DNA of 64,000 nucleotides from an uncultured Acidobacteriota bacterium (GCA_963836075.1 CAWIIB010000009.1:1920001-1984000); one strand, 5' to 3'; shown: positions 30,264 to 41,253, counted from the stretch's first letter. Notes: generated by a model from the letters alone, not told the origin. Numbers and translations: made by a program.

Positions 30264-30510
30264 ATCGTCCTCCGCGATCTTTTTAAAGATGCGCTGTCGC
30301 ACCAAAGTATCCCCGCTGCAGCCGCAGAATCGGCCCGCACGGCCACATTATCGGTTCCGATCCGGGAAAGCGTCAAGACAATCCTTGACTCTTGCGGGAC
30401 AAAGGGCGCAGAGTGGACAAGGGTGGATGTCCACCAGCCTCGATGATCTTCGACGGGTGGGAGGCGGATGGCGGAACCGGGGGCAGTACGATCGCACGCG
30501 AGATCCGGGC

Positions 30511-33500
30511 ATGATCGGTCAAGCAACCACTCTCGGCATCGACGTGGGGTCTGTTGCCGTCGCCGTGGCTGAGACCAGCCTCGAACGCGAGGTTCTGCAC
30601 ACCGCCTACCGCCTGCACCACGGCCGCGTGGCCGAAACGTTCAGCGACCTGCTGGGCGAGTTCGATACTGGCCGGGTCAGCTGGACCGGCGCCACCTCCT
30701 CCACACCGCCGCTCTTTGTGCCGGACCGGCGCTACGACAACCGGCTGGCCATAATCGAGGCCGCTCGCCATCTCCACACTCGTATCGGGTCGATCCTGGT
30801 GGTGGGTGGCGAGGAGTTCGGCCTGATCGGCTTTGACCGGGACGGCCGCTACCGCAGCTTCAAAACCAACACCGGCTGTGCCGCCGGTACCGGCAGTTTC
30901 CTTGACCAGCAGGCCCGGCGGCTCCACCTGGGGAGTTCGGCCGAACTGGGCGAGCTGGCCTGCCGCAACCAGGGGTTTGTGCCGAAGATCGCCTCCCGTT
31001 GCGCCGTCTTCGCCAAGACCGACCTGGTCCACGCCCAGCAGGAGGGATACTCGCTGGAGCAGATCTGCGACGGCCTCTGCCGCGGCCTGGCCCGTAACAT
31101 CGTCGATACCCTCGCCATGGAGCGGGATCTGGCCGCTCCCGTGATTTTCACCGGCGGCGTCTCCCGCAACCGGGCAGTGGTTCGCCACCTCGAATCGATC
31201 ACCGGGACGGAACTGTTGGTCGATCCCACGACTGTTTATGGCGCCATCGGCGCGGCCTTCCTCCTGGCCACCGAAATTGAGCGGGATGGGCTCGGGGCCG
31301 GCAAACCCCTCTCCGGCCTGCTGGTTCGCCGGCCGGCCCGGCGGCGCTACGTTCACCCGCCGCTAAAGCTGGAGCGCAGCCGGCACCCGGATTTCGGCGG
31401 GGCCGAGCAGCATGAATTCACTCCGAACGGGTCCGGACCGGAGGACGCGGTGGAGGTTACGCACTACGAAACGCTGGACGGAGCAGGGGCGCCAGACGTC
31501 TGTCTCGGCCTGGACATCGGTTCCACCAGCACCAAGGCAGTGCTCCTTGGCCCCGGGCGGAAAGTCCTTGCCGGTCTCTATACCGGCACCGCCGGCCGGC
31601 CGGTAGCTGCTGTCCAGCGGATCCTCGCCTCCATCGAGGACCTGGCTGGCAGCGAGGCCGTGGGACTGCGAATCACCGGTTGCGCCATCACCGGGGCGGG
31701 GCGCAGTTTCGGCGGGCGGATCGTGGGCGCCGACCTTGTGCTCGACGAGATCACCGCCCACGCTTGTGCGGCCCGGCACCTCGATCCGGAGGTGGACACG
31801 ATCTTCGAGATCGGCGGCCAGGACTCGAAGTTCACCACCCTGCAGAACGGGCGGGTCACCTTCTCCGCCATGAACACGGTCTGCGCGGCGGGGACCGGCA
31901 GTTTCATCGAGGAGCAGGCACGCAAACTGGACTGCACCCTGGGCGAATACGCCGCGCGAAGCGAAAACCAGCCCTCGCCGATGGTCAGCGACCGCTGCAC
32001 CGTTTTCATGGAGCGGGACATGAACCAGTGCCTCTCCGACGGCTATGCGGTGGAGGAAGTTCTGGCCTCGGTGCTCCACGCCATCACCGGGAATTACCTG
32101 ACCAAGGTCGCCGTGGAGGGAATGATCGGGAGCCATGTCTGTTTCCAGGGCGCCACGGCGAGGAACCGCTCCCTGGTGGCGGCATTCGAGCAGCGGCTGC
32201 AGCAGCCAATCCACGTCTCACGCTTCTGCCATCTCACCGGGGCGCTGGGCGCGGCGCTGGCCCTGCTGGATGGCCACACGGTCCGGCCCGGCAATACCAG
32301 GTTCCGCGGCCTGGACCTGCACCGCAAGGAGATCGCGGTCACTGCCGAGGTCTGCGACCTCTGCACCAATCACTGCAAGATCACCGTCGCCGACATCGAC
32401 GGCGAAAAAGCGGCCTACGGATTTCTCTGCGGGCGGGATTATGAGACGGAGCACTTTGTCGACGGCAACCGTTCCGGCTTCGACCTGCTCCGGGAGCGGA
32501 AAAAGGCCTTCTCCTTCGAGCCGGTCGCCCGGTTGGCGGACAGGATCACCATCGGCATCCCTGCGGCGGTCCATCTGTTCGAGGACCTGCCCTTCTGGCA
32601 GTACTTCTTCGACCAGCTCGGCATCAGAACGATCACCAGCGCGGAATACGGCGATGCGTACGGCGAGGGCCGGCGCCTGGCCGGCGCCGAGTTCTGCGCC
32701 CCGCTGACCGCGCTCCACGGCCACGTGGACCACCTGCTGGACCAGGCGGACTATGTTTTCCTCCCCGTCTACCTCGAACAGAGGACCGGGAACATGGGCC
32801 GGCGGCGGCACTACTGTTACTACACGCAGTTCGCCACATCGCTGGCCTTCGGCGCATCCGGCCCCGGGCACGTGGAGCGGATCATCAGCCCGCTGGTGCA
32901 CTATCTCTACCATCCGCTGCGGGCCAGGTTCGACCTCCATGCGGCGCTGAAACCGGTCACCGGCAATGGGGTGGGCCTCCTCGATGTGGCTCGGGCGTAC
33001 GAGTCGGCCGCCACTTTCAAAAGGTCTTGCCTGGAGAAGATAAGGGAACTGTTCCAGAGGGAGGCCGGGGATCCCGGTCGGTTGAACGTGGTTTTGCTGG
33101 GACGGCCCTACACCGTGCTCTCCAAATGGATGAACAAGGGGATCCCCGACATCTTCGCCTCCCTCGGGGTCAAGGTCTTTTTCCAGGACATGCTTTCCCC
33201 AACGGCGGAGGAACTGGGCCCGATCGATGAAGCGCTGGGCGAGATGCACTGGCACTATGCCGCTGAAATTCTCGAAGCGGCCCAGGCCGTAGCCCGGACC
33301 GCGGGGCTCTACCCGGTGCTGGTCACCTCCTTTCGCTGTTCCCCCGATTCCTTTGTCGTCGACGAGGTGAAGAAGATCCTCCAGGCTTGCGACAAACCGT
33401 ACCTGGTGCTGCAACTCGACGAGCACGAGTCGAGCATCGGTTACACCACCCGCATCGAGGCGGCCATCCGCTCCTTCGAAGGCCACTTGCGGTCTGGGAG

Positions 33501-34713
33501 AAGTCCCCGCAAAGCCCCTGCCCTTGCTTCGCCGCCGGCACACGCACGCCGCAACGGGCTCGAGGGCAAGACCCTGGTCATCCCCAACTGGGATGACATC
33601 AGCCTTTCGCTGATCGTGGCCGGGCTGCGCCGGGAGGGCATCGACGCCAGACTGCTGGAGGAGACCGAGACCACTATCCAGAAGAGCCTGCGCCGCAACT
33701 CCGGGCAGTGCATCCCGGTGGACATCATCGCCCAGGATTTCATCGACTATGTCGAGACTCACGAACTCGACCCGGCACACACTGTGCTCTGGGTGGCCGA
33801 CTCGAAGATCGCCTGCAACATCGGGCTCTATCCCCGCCGACTGAGGGATCTGATCCGCGGCCACGGCAATGGACTGGAGCTGGCGGAGGTGCACGCCGGC
33901 CCGATGTCGTTCATCGACATCTCGCTCAAGCTGCCGGTGAACACCTACCTGGCCTACCTCTTCGGCGGCCACCTGCGCAAGATCGGCTGTCGGCTGCGGC
34001 CATACGAAACCGTGGAGGGAGCCACGGACCTGGCCCTGGAGAGGGGCATCGATATCCTGGTCGACGCCTTTATCGGCAAGCGGAGGAAGGACGAGGCACT
34101 GGCCGAGGTCATCGCCGGCCTGGAGGCCGTTTCCATTGAGCATTGCCGAAAGCGGAAGGTGGCGATCTTCGGCGACTTTTATGTGCGGGACAACCGGGTG
34201 CTCAACCAGGACCTGATCCGCTTCATCGAGGCCCACGGCGGCGAGGTGCTGGTCACACCCTACAGCTCGTATGTCCGGATGGTCGCCGACTCCTACCTGC
34301 GAAAGTGGTTCACCGAAGGCCGCTATCTCAACGTCCTCTCCACCAGGGCCCTGATCGCCACGGTGAGCCGGCTGGAGAAAACCTATCTCGGCTACTTTCG
34401 CCGGATCGTCGACGAGCCCGAACCGGCGTACGGTGACGATCCGGCAACGATCCTCGCCGGCTACAATGTCCGCGGAGAGCACACCGGCGAATCGATGGAC
34501 AACCTGCTGAAGATCCACTACACGATGAAGCAGCACCCAGACGTGTCGCTGTTCGTCCAGGCCAGCCCTGCCTTCTGCTGCGCGTCCCTGATCACCGAGG
34601 CGATGGCCAGGGAAATTGAACGGAAGACCGGAGTGCCGGTGGTTTCCATCACCTATGACGGGACCACCGGCAACCGCAACGAAGCGATCATCCCCTACCT
34701 GGCTCTCAGGTGA
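30511..34713 (+). CDS. Multidomain acyl-CoA dehydratase activase (two BadF/BadG/BcrA/BcrD ATPase domains plus DUF2229-like and dehydratase-like domains)
   Basis: GIDVGS, CAAGTGSF twice, GLDIGSTSTK, EIGGQDSK, CDLCTNHC, GRPY. Confidence 0.9.
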   Translation: MIGQATTLGIDVGSVAVAVAETSLEREVLHTAYRLHHGRVAETFSDLLGEFDTGRVSWTGATSSTPPLFVPDRRYDNRLAIIEAARHLHTRIGSILVVGGEEFGLIGFDRDGRYRSFKTNTGCAAGTGSFLDQQARRLHLGSSAELGELACRNQGFVPKIASRCAVFAKTDLVHAQQEGYSLEQICDGLCRGLARNIVDTLAMERDLAAPVIFTGGVSRNRAVVRHLESITGTELLVDPTTVYGAIGAAFLLATEIERDGLGAGKPLSGLLVRRPARRRYVHPPLKLERSRHPDFGGAEQHEFTPNGSGPEDAVEVTHYETLDGAGAPDVCLGLDIGSTSTKAVLLGPGRKVLAGLYTGTAGRPVAAVQRILASIEDLAGSEAVGLRITGCAITGAGRSFGGRIVGADLVLDEITAHACAARHLDPEVDTIFEIGGQDSKFTTLQNGRVTFSAMNTVCAAGTGSFIEEQARKLDCTLGEYAARSENQPSPMVSDRCTVFMERDMNQCLSDGYAVEEVLASVLHAITGNYLTKVAVEGMIGSHVCFQGATARNRSLVAAFEQRLQQPIHVSRFCHLTGALGAALALLDGHTVRPGNTRFRGLDLHRKEIAVTAEVCDLCTNHCKITVADIDGEKAAYGFLCGRDYETEHFVDGNRSGFDLLRERKKAFSFEPVARLADRITIGIPAAVHLFEDLPFWQYFFDQLGIRTITSAEYGDAYGEGRRLAGAEFCAPLTALHGHVDHLLDQADYVFLPVYLEQRTGNMGRRRHYCYYTQFATSLAFGASGPGHVERIISPLVHYLYHPLRARFDLHAALKPVTGNGVGLLDVARAYESAATFKRSCLEKIRELFQREAGDPGRLNVVLLGRPYTVLSKWMNKGIPDIFASLGVKVFFQDMLSPTAEELGPIDEALGEMHWHYAAEILEAAQAVARTAGLYPVLVTSFRCSPDSFVVDEVKKILQACDKPYLVLQLDEHESSIGYTTRIEAAIRSFEGHLRSGRSPRKAPALASPPAHARRNGLEGKTLVIPNWDDISLSLIVAGLRREGIDARLLEETETTIQKSLRRNSGQCIPVDIIAQDFIDYVETHELDPAHTVLWVADSKIACNIGLYPRRLRDLIRGHGNGLELAEVHAGPMSFIDISLKLPVNTYLAYLFGGHLRKIGCRLRPYETVEGATDLALERGIDILVDAFIGKRRKDEALAEVIAGLEAVSIEHCRKRKVAIFGDFYVRDNRVLNQDLIRFIEAHGGEVLVTPYSSYVRMVADSYLRKWFTEGRYLNVLSTRALIATVSRLEKTYLGYFRRIVDEPEPAYGDDPATILAGYNVRGEHTGESMDNLLKIHYTMKQHPDVSLFVQASPAFCCASLITEAMAREIERKTGVPVVSITYDGTTGNRNEAIIPYLALR

Positions 34714-34782
34714 CCGTTTTACGCCGGTGGCGCACACTCATTCCCCTGGCCCGTGTCTCCAGCCACGGACGGTGCTGGTCCC

Positions 34783-35880
34783 TCACCCCATCCTCGCCCT
34801 GAGAATCATGTCCAGCAACTGAATACATTCCGTGCCGGCCCGGGCGGCGCCGTTTTCGGTGTCTCCGGAGATGGCCAGCACCAGGTCCAGCTCCGGGATC
34901 AGACCGATGATCTGCCCGCCATCGCCGGTGAGCATGTAGAAATCGTATTGACGGAGCTGATCAATCATCCCGTAGGCCGGCACGGTGTCGTATATCTGTG
35001 AATTCGCCTTGATGATGCCCCACATGATCCCGGCCGACAGGCCCGATATCCCGTGCAATCCGGGTGAATGCTCAGCCATGCTGTATTTGACCCACTCTTC
35101 GGGGACCAGCTGCCTGCCGTTCCAGTTCCCGTTGCGGAGACACAGCAGACCAAAGCGTGCCCGGTCCCGTGTCGACATCCGGAAAAAATAGGCCGGGTGC
35201 TGCGAGTGCTCACGTTCGAGGGTATAGAAGCATTTGTCCGGCTCGAAATCCTGCATGCCGATGGGGTCGGCGATCCGTTCGTTGAACTCGTCGAAGATCA
35301 TCGTGCCGGTCTGCTGCTCGAAGATCGTGCCCAGGGCGTTGAAGTCCCAATTGTTGTAGTAGTGGAAGCTTCCGGGGGTGTGGCTGCCGCGTTTCGGTCG
35401 CCTGGCCGCCATGGCGCTGGTCTCAGCCGCAGCCGGGTGATAGACCCCCGACCGTGACTTGAGCAGGTGGATGACCTTCGCCTCTTTTTCCGCGTCGGTC
35501 AGCGAATGTATGTCGTTGATCTCCAACTCGGCCAGCGTGCTTTCCAGGTCGATGTTCCCCTCGGCCACATGAATGCCGTACAGGGTGCTCAGCAATCCCT
35601 TGCGAACCGAGTGACATTTGTAGGGGAAACCGATGTCGCCCCAGGCGAGGAGGACCTTTTCCTGATAGATCACGACCACTGAGGCGATGACCGGATCGGC
35701 CGACTTCATGTAGCGTTTGGCGGCTTTGATCTCTGCGGCGTCAAAGCCCGCTTCCGCAAAGCTGCCGAACTTGGGAATTCCATCGATTTGTTGTTCGGGC
35801 GGTCCGGCGCATGATTGAAGAAAAACGGCGAGAAGGATTGCGAACAGGACTGAGCGAAGTGAAAGTCCGGATACTCTCAT
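34783..35880 (-). CDS. Serine hydrolase, beta-lactamase-like lipoprotein
   Basis: Lipobox LQSC, SVRK (SxxK), YYNNWDFN. Confidence 0.88.
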   Translation of the reverse strand: MRVSGLSLRSVLFAILLAVFLQSCAGPPEQQIDGIPKFGSFAEAGFDAAEIKAAKRYMKSADPVIASVVVIYQEKVLLAWGDIGFPYKCHSVRKGLLSTLYGIHVAEGNIDLESTLAELEINDIHSLTDAEKEAKVIHLLKSRSGVYHPAAAETSAMAARRPKRGSHTPGSFHYYNNWDFNALGTIFEQQTGTMIFDEFNERIADPIGMQDFEPDKCFYTLEREHSQHPAYFFRMSTRDRARFGLLCLRNGNWNGRQLVPEEWVKYSMAEHSPGLHGISGLSAGIMWGIIKANSQIYDTVPAYGMIDQLRQYDFYMLTGDGGQIIGLIPELDLVLAISGDTENGAARAGTECIQLLDMILRARMG

Positions 35881-35966
35881 TCTGACAGCAATTTCCTGTG
35901 TTGCGGCAATCACCAGAAAACCGGTGCTCCGTACTAAGGATAAACGGTTCGGCAGCGAGATGGTTC

Positions 35967-36000
35967 AAAAAAAAGCCCCCACCTTCCGGCGGGGGCTTTG
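35967..36000. terminator. Rho-independent terminator of the M16 operon
   Basis: AAAAAAAGCCCCC..GGGGGCTTT. Confidence 0.75.
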
Positions 36001-36023
36001 CTTTCATCCATCGTTTTTGCGGG

Positions 36024-37508
36024 CTACTTCAGCGTCACCGGATCCCTGAGCGGCAGGATGGTCACCGGGCCGAAGTCGGAATACTTCTCCGGGTGCTTGT
36101 CCGAACCTTTTTCCACCGCTTCCGGGTCGCCCACCACCAGGAAGACCAGCTTGTCAGGGTGGAGATGCTTCTTTGCCGCGGCCAGCACGTCGTCCGTGCC
36201 CACGGACTCGACGTTTTTCTTGTACTCCTGCCAGTAGCTGTCCGGCCGGCCGGTGTAGTGGTCGCCGGCAAAGGTGTTGACGATACTGCTCTTGCTGCTG
36301 AACGGGCTGGTCAGCCCGCCGATCAGGCTCTGCCGGGAGATCTCGATCACGTCGTCTTCGACCTTTTCCTCGCGGATCCGCTTGATCTCGTCGACGATCA
36401 GCCGCGAGCCGAAGGCGGCGGTGGCGTGCTTGGTCTGGAACCAGGCCTGGAAGGTGCCGGGGTAGAGCACCGGCCGACTGAAGCGGCTGCCGGTGCTGTA
36501 CGCCAGCCCCTCGTCCGAGCGCACCCGCCGGGTGATCCGCGAGGTGAACCCGCCGCCGCCGAGGATGTCGTTCATTACCATCAGCGCGTATTCGTCCGGA
36601 ATATCCCGCTTGACCCCGATGTGGCCGATGCGGATCCGTGACTGGTTCACTTCTTCCTTCTTGATCATGTAGACGCCGGGTTTCGGCCCGGGGATCTGGT
36701 CGGTGATCTCCGGCAGCTGCAGGTCCTGGTCGGGCCAGTCGGCAAAAAGAGTGTTCAGTCTGGCCAGCACGTCATCGGTCTTGAAGTCGCCGGAGACGGC
36801 CACGGTGAAATTGCCGGGGAAGAAGTATTTCTGGTGAAACGCGATCATGTCCTCCCGGGTAATGGCACTGATCGAGTCGCCGGTCTGGCGGTAGCGGGTG
36901 GTGGAGGGGTGGTCGCCATACATCAGGTAGGCCCACTCGCGGGATTCGATGGCCGAAGTGGACGCGTTGCGCTGGGCCAGCCCGGAAAGGATGTCCCCGC
37001 GGTGGCGGTCCAGTTCCGCCTGGTCGAAGGCGGGTGTCTGCAGCACCTTGCGCAGGATCGCCAGGCCTTCGTCCATGTCCTTGACCAGGCAGAAGAGGCT
37101 GGCCCGTCCCAAGTCATCATTGATGCTCACAGAGATGCTGCCGGCGAGAAAGGCCAGCCGCTCGTCCATCTCGCTGGCCGTCATCCCCCCGGCGCCGCCG
37201 TTGCGCATCATGTAGGCGGTCATCGCGGCCAGGCCGGCCTTGTCCACCGGCTCGTACATCGATCCGGTGCGCACGAGGATGGTCATTTCGAATACGGGAA
37301 CTACGTGGTTTTCGGCGATGAAAGCCGTGGCGCCGCAGTCCAGCTGGTGCCGGTAGTCCGCCGGCTTCGGCGGGGTGTAGGTCAGTTCGGGGAAGGTGAG
37401 CTTGTCCGGGTGGTCGACGATCTCACCGGCGAAGGTGGTCGCGGCGGCCAGCAGGATCAGTGCCGGCAGCAAGCAACGGACGGAGCGGAAGAAGAAGTTG
37501 CTGTTCAT
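36024..37508 (-). CDS. M16 peptidase, non-catalytic subunit
   Basis: M16 fold features, no HxxEH, ILGGGGFTSRI..VRSDEGLAY. Confidence 0.88.
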   Translation of the reverse strand: MNSNFFFRSVRCLLPALILLAAATTFAGEIVDHPDKLTFPELTYTPPKPADYRHQLDCGATAFIAENHVVPVFEMTILVRTGSMYEPVDKAGLAAMTAYMMRNGGAGGMTASEMDERLAFLAGSISVSINDDLGRASLFCLVKDMDEGLAILRKVLQTPAFDQAELDRHRGDILSGLAQRNASTSAIESREWAYLMYGDHPSTTRYRQTGDSISAITREDMIAFHQKYFFPGNFTVAVSGDFKTDDVLARLNTLFADWPDQDLQLPEITDQIPGPKPGVYMIKKEEVNQSRIRIGHIGVKRDIPDEYALMVMNDILGGGGFTSRITRRVRSDEGLAYSTGSRFSRPVLYPGTFQAWFQTKHATAAFGSRLIVDEIKRIREEKVEDDVIEISRQSLIGGLTSPFSSKSSIVNTFAGDHYTGRPDSYWQEYKKNVESVGTDDVLAAAKKHLHPDKLVFLVVGDPEAVEKGSDKHPEKYSDFGPVTILPLRDPVTLK

Positions 37509-37510
37509 GG

Positions 37511-39335
37511 TTATTCCTCCTCCCCGGCGGGCGTTGCATCATCGGCCGCCTCGGCTTTCTTCAGCTCTTCCAGTCGCGCGGTGGCGAGGGCCAGCATTTT
37601 CTCCAGCTGTTCCTTTCGCTCGGGGTCTTCTGCCTGATTCCAGGCCCATGTTGATCATCCCGATCGCCTGCTCCAGCATGGCCGGGTCCTCGATGGCCTT
37701 GATCCGCTCCTCCATCCCGCCGCCTCCGGGGCCGCGTTTCCGCTCTTCGCCGGCCGGGGCATCCTTGGTATTGATGATCAGCACGTTTCGCTGGTCGGCG
37801 GCGAAATAGGTGTTGGCCACCCGGCGGATATCCTCGGCAGTCACGGCGTCCAGCATCAGCGGAGCCCTGTTCACCTCTTCCCAGTCACCCATGGCTGCGT
37901 TCGGCGCGATGAGGAAGAGGATGCCGATCCCGCCCATGATGTCCATGAAACGGATGTTGCTCACCTTCTCCTGATTCTTCACCTTCTGCAGCTCTTCCGG
38001 GGTCACCAGTTCGGTCTGCAGTTCCACCACCACCTCGTGGATCGCCGCTTCAAGGTCCTCGGCTTTCACCCCGGCAAGGCCCTCGGCGCTGATCTGGAAC
38101 GCGCCGGCATAGCGGCGCGAATCCTGCGCGGCGCGGATGCCCAGGCCACCGCCGCCGCGCATCCCCCGGCCGCCGCCACCCATGGCGCCCTTGGCCAGGC
38201 CCTTTTCCTCAACAAGCTTTTTGTAGAGGCGCCCGGTCTTGCCGTTCATGATGCCGGCCAGCAGCTCCAGGGCGTAGCTGTCGTCATGTTTCCAGGCCAC
38301 GGTGTGATACCAGACTTCGGCCTGGGGGTCGGTTTCGGCCGCGGCGGTCAGCCGTTTCTCGCCATACTGCCGCTCCTCCAGGGTCACCACCTCGGGGGGC
38401 TCCTTGGCGCCGCGGGGCAGCCGTTCGAAGTACTTCCGCACCTGCACCATGGTCTCTTCGGGCTCCAGGTCGCCCACCAGGATCAGGGTCAGGTTGTTCG
38501 GGGCGTAGTAGGTGTCAAAGTAGTCTTCGGCCTGCTTGCGGGTGATGCTGTCCAGGTCGGAGGCCCAACCAATCACGTCCCAGTGGTAGGAGGAGGATTT
38601 CCAGAACATGGCCAGGAAGTCCTCGTCGATCAGCCCGGTGGGTGTGGAGTCCACACCCAGGCGACGCTCCTCTCGCACCACGTTCCGCTCGGAGTAGAAT
38701 TCGCGGAACACCGGGTTGAGGAAGCGGTCCGACTCCATCCAGCAGAAGAGCTCCAGCTTGTTGCTGGGCAGCCGGACGAAATACATGGTCATGTCGTAGG
38801 AGGTCATGGCGTTGAGGAACGACCCGCCGTTTTTCGTATAGGTCTCGTCCAGCTGGTCCTTGATGATCAGCTCCCGCTGTTCCTCGATCAACTGGTCGAA
38901 CTCGGTCTCCAGCTCACGGAAGCGGCCGGTCTTGGCTTCGGGGTCGAGCATGTCCTCGATCTCGCCCCGCCGCAGGGCCTCGCGCATGATCCCCTGCTCC
39001 ACCATCATCTCGGCCCGCAACTCGTCCAGCCGGGCCATGATCTCCTTGTCCCGGGCGTAGTCCTTGGTGCCGATGGTCTCGGTCCCCTTGAACATCATGT
39101 GCTCGAAGAGGTGGGAGATGCCGGTGATGCCGGTGATCTCGTTGGCCGAGCCCACCCGGGCGACGATGGCGGCCATGAAGGTGGGCGTTTCGTGCTTGGG
39201 CACGATCAGCACCTGCATGCCGTTCTCCAGCATGTATTCCGTGGCGTCCACGGTCTGGGCGGCCGCGGGCATGGCGGCAACGCAGGCCATTGCGAAAACC
39301 GCAAGGGCAATGGCGGTGAGACGGATCCTGTTCAT
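37511..39335 (-). CDS. M16 zinc peptidase, catalytic subunit (probable frameshift near 37635)
   Basis: GISHLFEHMMFKG, ERNVVREE. An alternative C-terminal frame AEDPERKEQLEK..GEEE ends in TAA at 37511, next to the start of the downstream gene. Confidence 0.88.
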
Positions 39336-39672
39336 CAACCTCTCCTTCTTGGTTTGGCGTTGGCCCGCGAGGAGGGATGGCAGTGTCAACGACCTGTTAT
39401 TGAAATTGCCGGCCCGGAGGGGGTCGTCCCCGGGAATTGGTGTAAATCTTGTAAATTGTTACTGATGAAATGTCAAGTGGGACAGTCTGTAACTGGGCAA
39501 TAGACAACTTCTATCATTTATATAGACGAAAGCACTCCCGGCAAGGTAGAATAAGGTATTCCAGCTATGGAATCGGCTTGCCCCGTAGAGGTAGGGCGGG
39601 CCGGCCGGACTATTCAATGGTTGTAACCTGGGGGCACGCCGCCCCGAAAATCAAACTGAGGAGAAACGGGAC

Positions 39673-40353
39673 GTGAAAAAGATACTGGCAGTTTTGACCA
39701 TCGTTGCTATCGTGGGTCTCTTTGGTTATGTCGCCAGCGCCGACTGCGGCAAGTGCGATGCCCCGAAGACCGGAGAAGCCAAGGACAAGGCCGGCTGTTG
39801 TGCCGGCAAGACCGCCGAAGCCACCGCCGCCTGCACCGCCGGCAAGGCTGCTGACGCCAAGGGCTGCGCCACCAGCTGTTCGGCTGCCACGGTTGCCGAC
39901 GCCAAGGGCTGTGCCTCCACCTGTTCCGCCGCCACCGCTGCCGCGGCCGCCAAGGGCGGTTGCTGCGCCAGCAGTTCCGTGCTCAATGCCGGCGACAAGG
40001 ACAAGGCCGCTTGCGCCGTGGGCGCGGACGGCAAGTGCGACCCCACCAAGTGCAACCTGACCCTCTGCGGCAAGTGCGGCGAGTTCAAGGGCTGCGGCAA
40101 GTGCTGTTCCGCCGACGCCAAGGTCTGCGAGAAGTGCGGCCTGCACACCGGTTCCACCGGCTGCTGCAAGATGGAGAAGGGCGCCGACGTGACCATCTGC
40201 AAGTGCGGCGAGATCAAGGGCAGCGAGAACTGCTGCAAGGAAGGCGTGGCCACCTGCAAGGCTTGCGGTCTGCATGCCGGCTCCCCGGGCTGCAAAGCCT
40301 GCTGCGAGTCCAAGGACGCCCACAAGGCCAAGGAAGCAAAGGTGACCGCGTAA
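39673..40353 (+). CDS. Secreted cysteine-rich protein (32 Cys)
   Basis: RBS GAGGAG, signal peptide, CxxC and CC repeats, strong codon bias. Confidence 0.8.
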   Translation: MKKILAVLTIVAIVGLFGYVASADCGKCDAPKTGEAKDKAGCCAGKTAEATAACTAGKAADAKGCATSCSAATVADAKGCASTCSAATAAAAAKGGCCASSSVLNAGDKDKAACAVGADGKCDPTKCNLTLCGKCGEFKGCGKCCSADAKVCEKCGLHTGSTGCCKMEKGADVTICKCGEIKGSENCCKEGVATCKACGLHAGSPGCKACCESKDAHKAKEAKVTA

Positions 40354-40377
40354 GCGCTGTCGCCCCGGACGGAAATG

Positions 40378-40412
40378 AAAAGCCCCCGAGTGCTGGTCAC
40401 CCGGGGGCCTTT
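40378..40412. terminator. Bidirectional terminator between convergent genes
   Basis: AAAAGCCCCCG..CGGGGGCCTTT. Confidence 0.7.
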
Positions 40413-40440
40413 CTCTTGTACAGCGTCGTCCGCGCCCGGG

Positions 40441-41253
40441 TCAGGGCGCGATGGCGAAGTCGAAGTAATCGGCGCTCCAGAGGTCGTCGGGGGGCAGCCC
40501 CACCTGGACCCGGATCTTGTAATCGCCGGTGGGCACGTCCATGGGGATCACGTGTTCCTTGTTAAACATCTTTTCTTCGCTGAGCGTGAAGTCGAGGTAG
40601 GCCATGGCCAGCCGGCGGGTGTTGCCGGCGGGGAAGACAGCCTCCACCACCACGTAGGCTGCGATGGGCATCAGGGTCCAGCTCTTGACCTTGACGTCAT
40701 AGCTGATGGTTTCACCGAGGGCATAGCTGTCGGCTTGAGGCAGAATCGTGGCCACCAGTTTCGAACGCACGGCATTGATCGTCGCCAGCACCTGGCTCTC
40801 GGTGTAGCCCTCCTCCCAGAACTCCACGGTCTGCGCATAGTCGTGGTTCAGCACGTAGTTCAGCGGGATGTAGTTGTTCTGGGCGTAGAGGGAGTAGATC
40901 GAACCGTCGTCGAGAAGAAAGAGGATGTCGGGATAGGTGTCCTGGTAGCCCTGGACGATGCCCAGGCTTTCCTGGTAGTTGAGGGCAATGATCTGGATTC
41001 CCTTGGCGGCGTAGTCGGTGGCGATGGCTCCGAGCTGCGGCAACTCCGCAACACACCCCCCTCACCAGGAAGCCCAGAAGTTGAGCATGACGGTTTTTCC
41101 CTGGAAGTCACTGAGACTGTGCGGGTTTCCGTTCACATCATAGGCCGTGAATTCGATGGCCGGGTCACCGATCTGCGGGCCGGCCATAACAGCCAGCGAG
41201 AGGCAGAGGGTGAGCCCGACAGCAGCGGCAAGCACACCTTTTCGTCTGGTCAT
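40441..41253 (-). CDS. Secreted TlpA/redoxin-family selenoprotein (UGA = Sec at 41064-41062) with C-terminal Ig-like domain
   Basis: LNFWASW-TGA-GGCVAELPQL joins ORFs 41062-41253 and 40441-41043 in frame. A hairpin follows the UGA. Confidence 0.85.
41034..41052 (-). promoter_or_regulatory. Candidate bacterial SECIS element
   Basis: GUUGCGG-AGUUG-CCGCAGC stem-loop; the loop starts 16 nt after the UGA and has G at position 2. Confidence 0.6.

Noticed and set aside
32218-34737. Long antisense ORFs (also 17957-19747, 28638-30446, 57832-59565)
   Set aside because: Shadow frames of high-GC genes with no recognisable motifs.
39673-40353. Multiheme cytochrome or RiPP precursor
   Set aside because: No CxxCH motif (CxxCGLH only), it has a Sec-pathway signal peptide, and there is no adjacent maturase.
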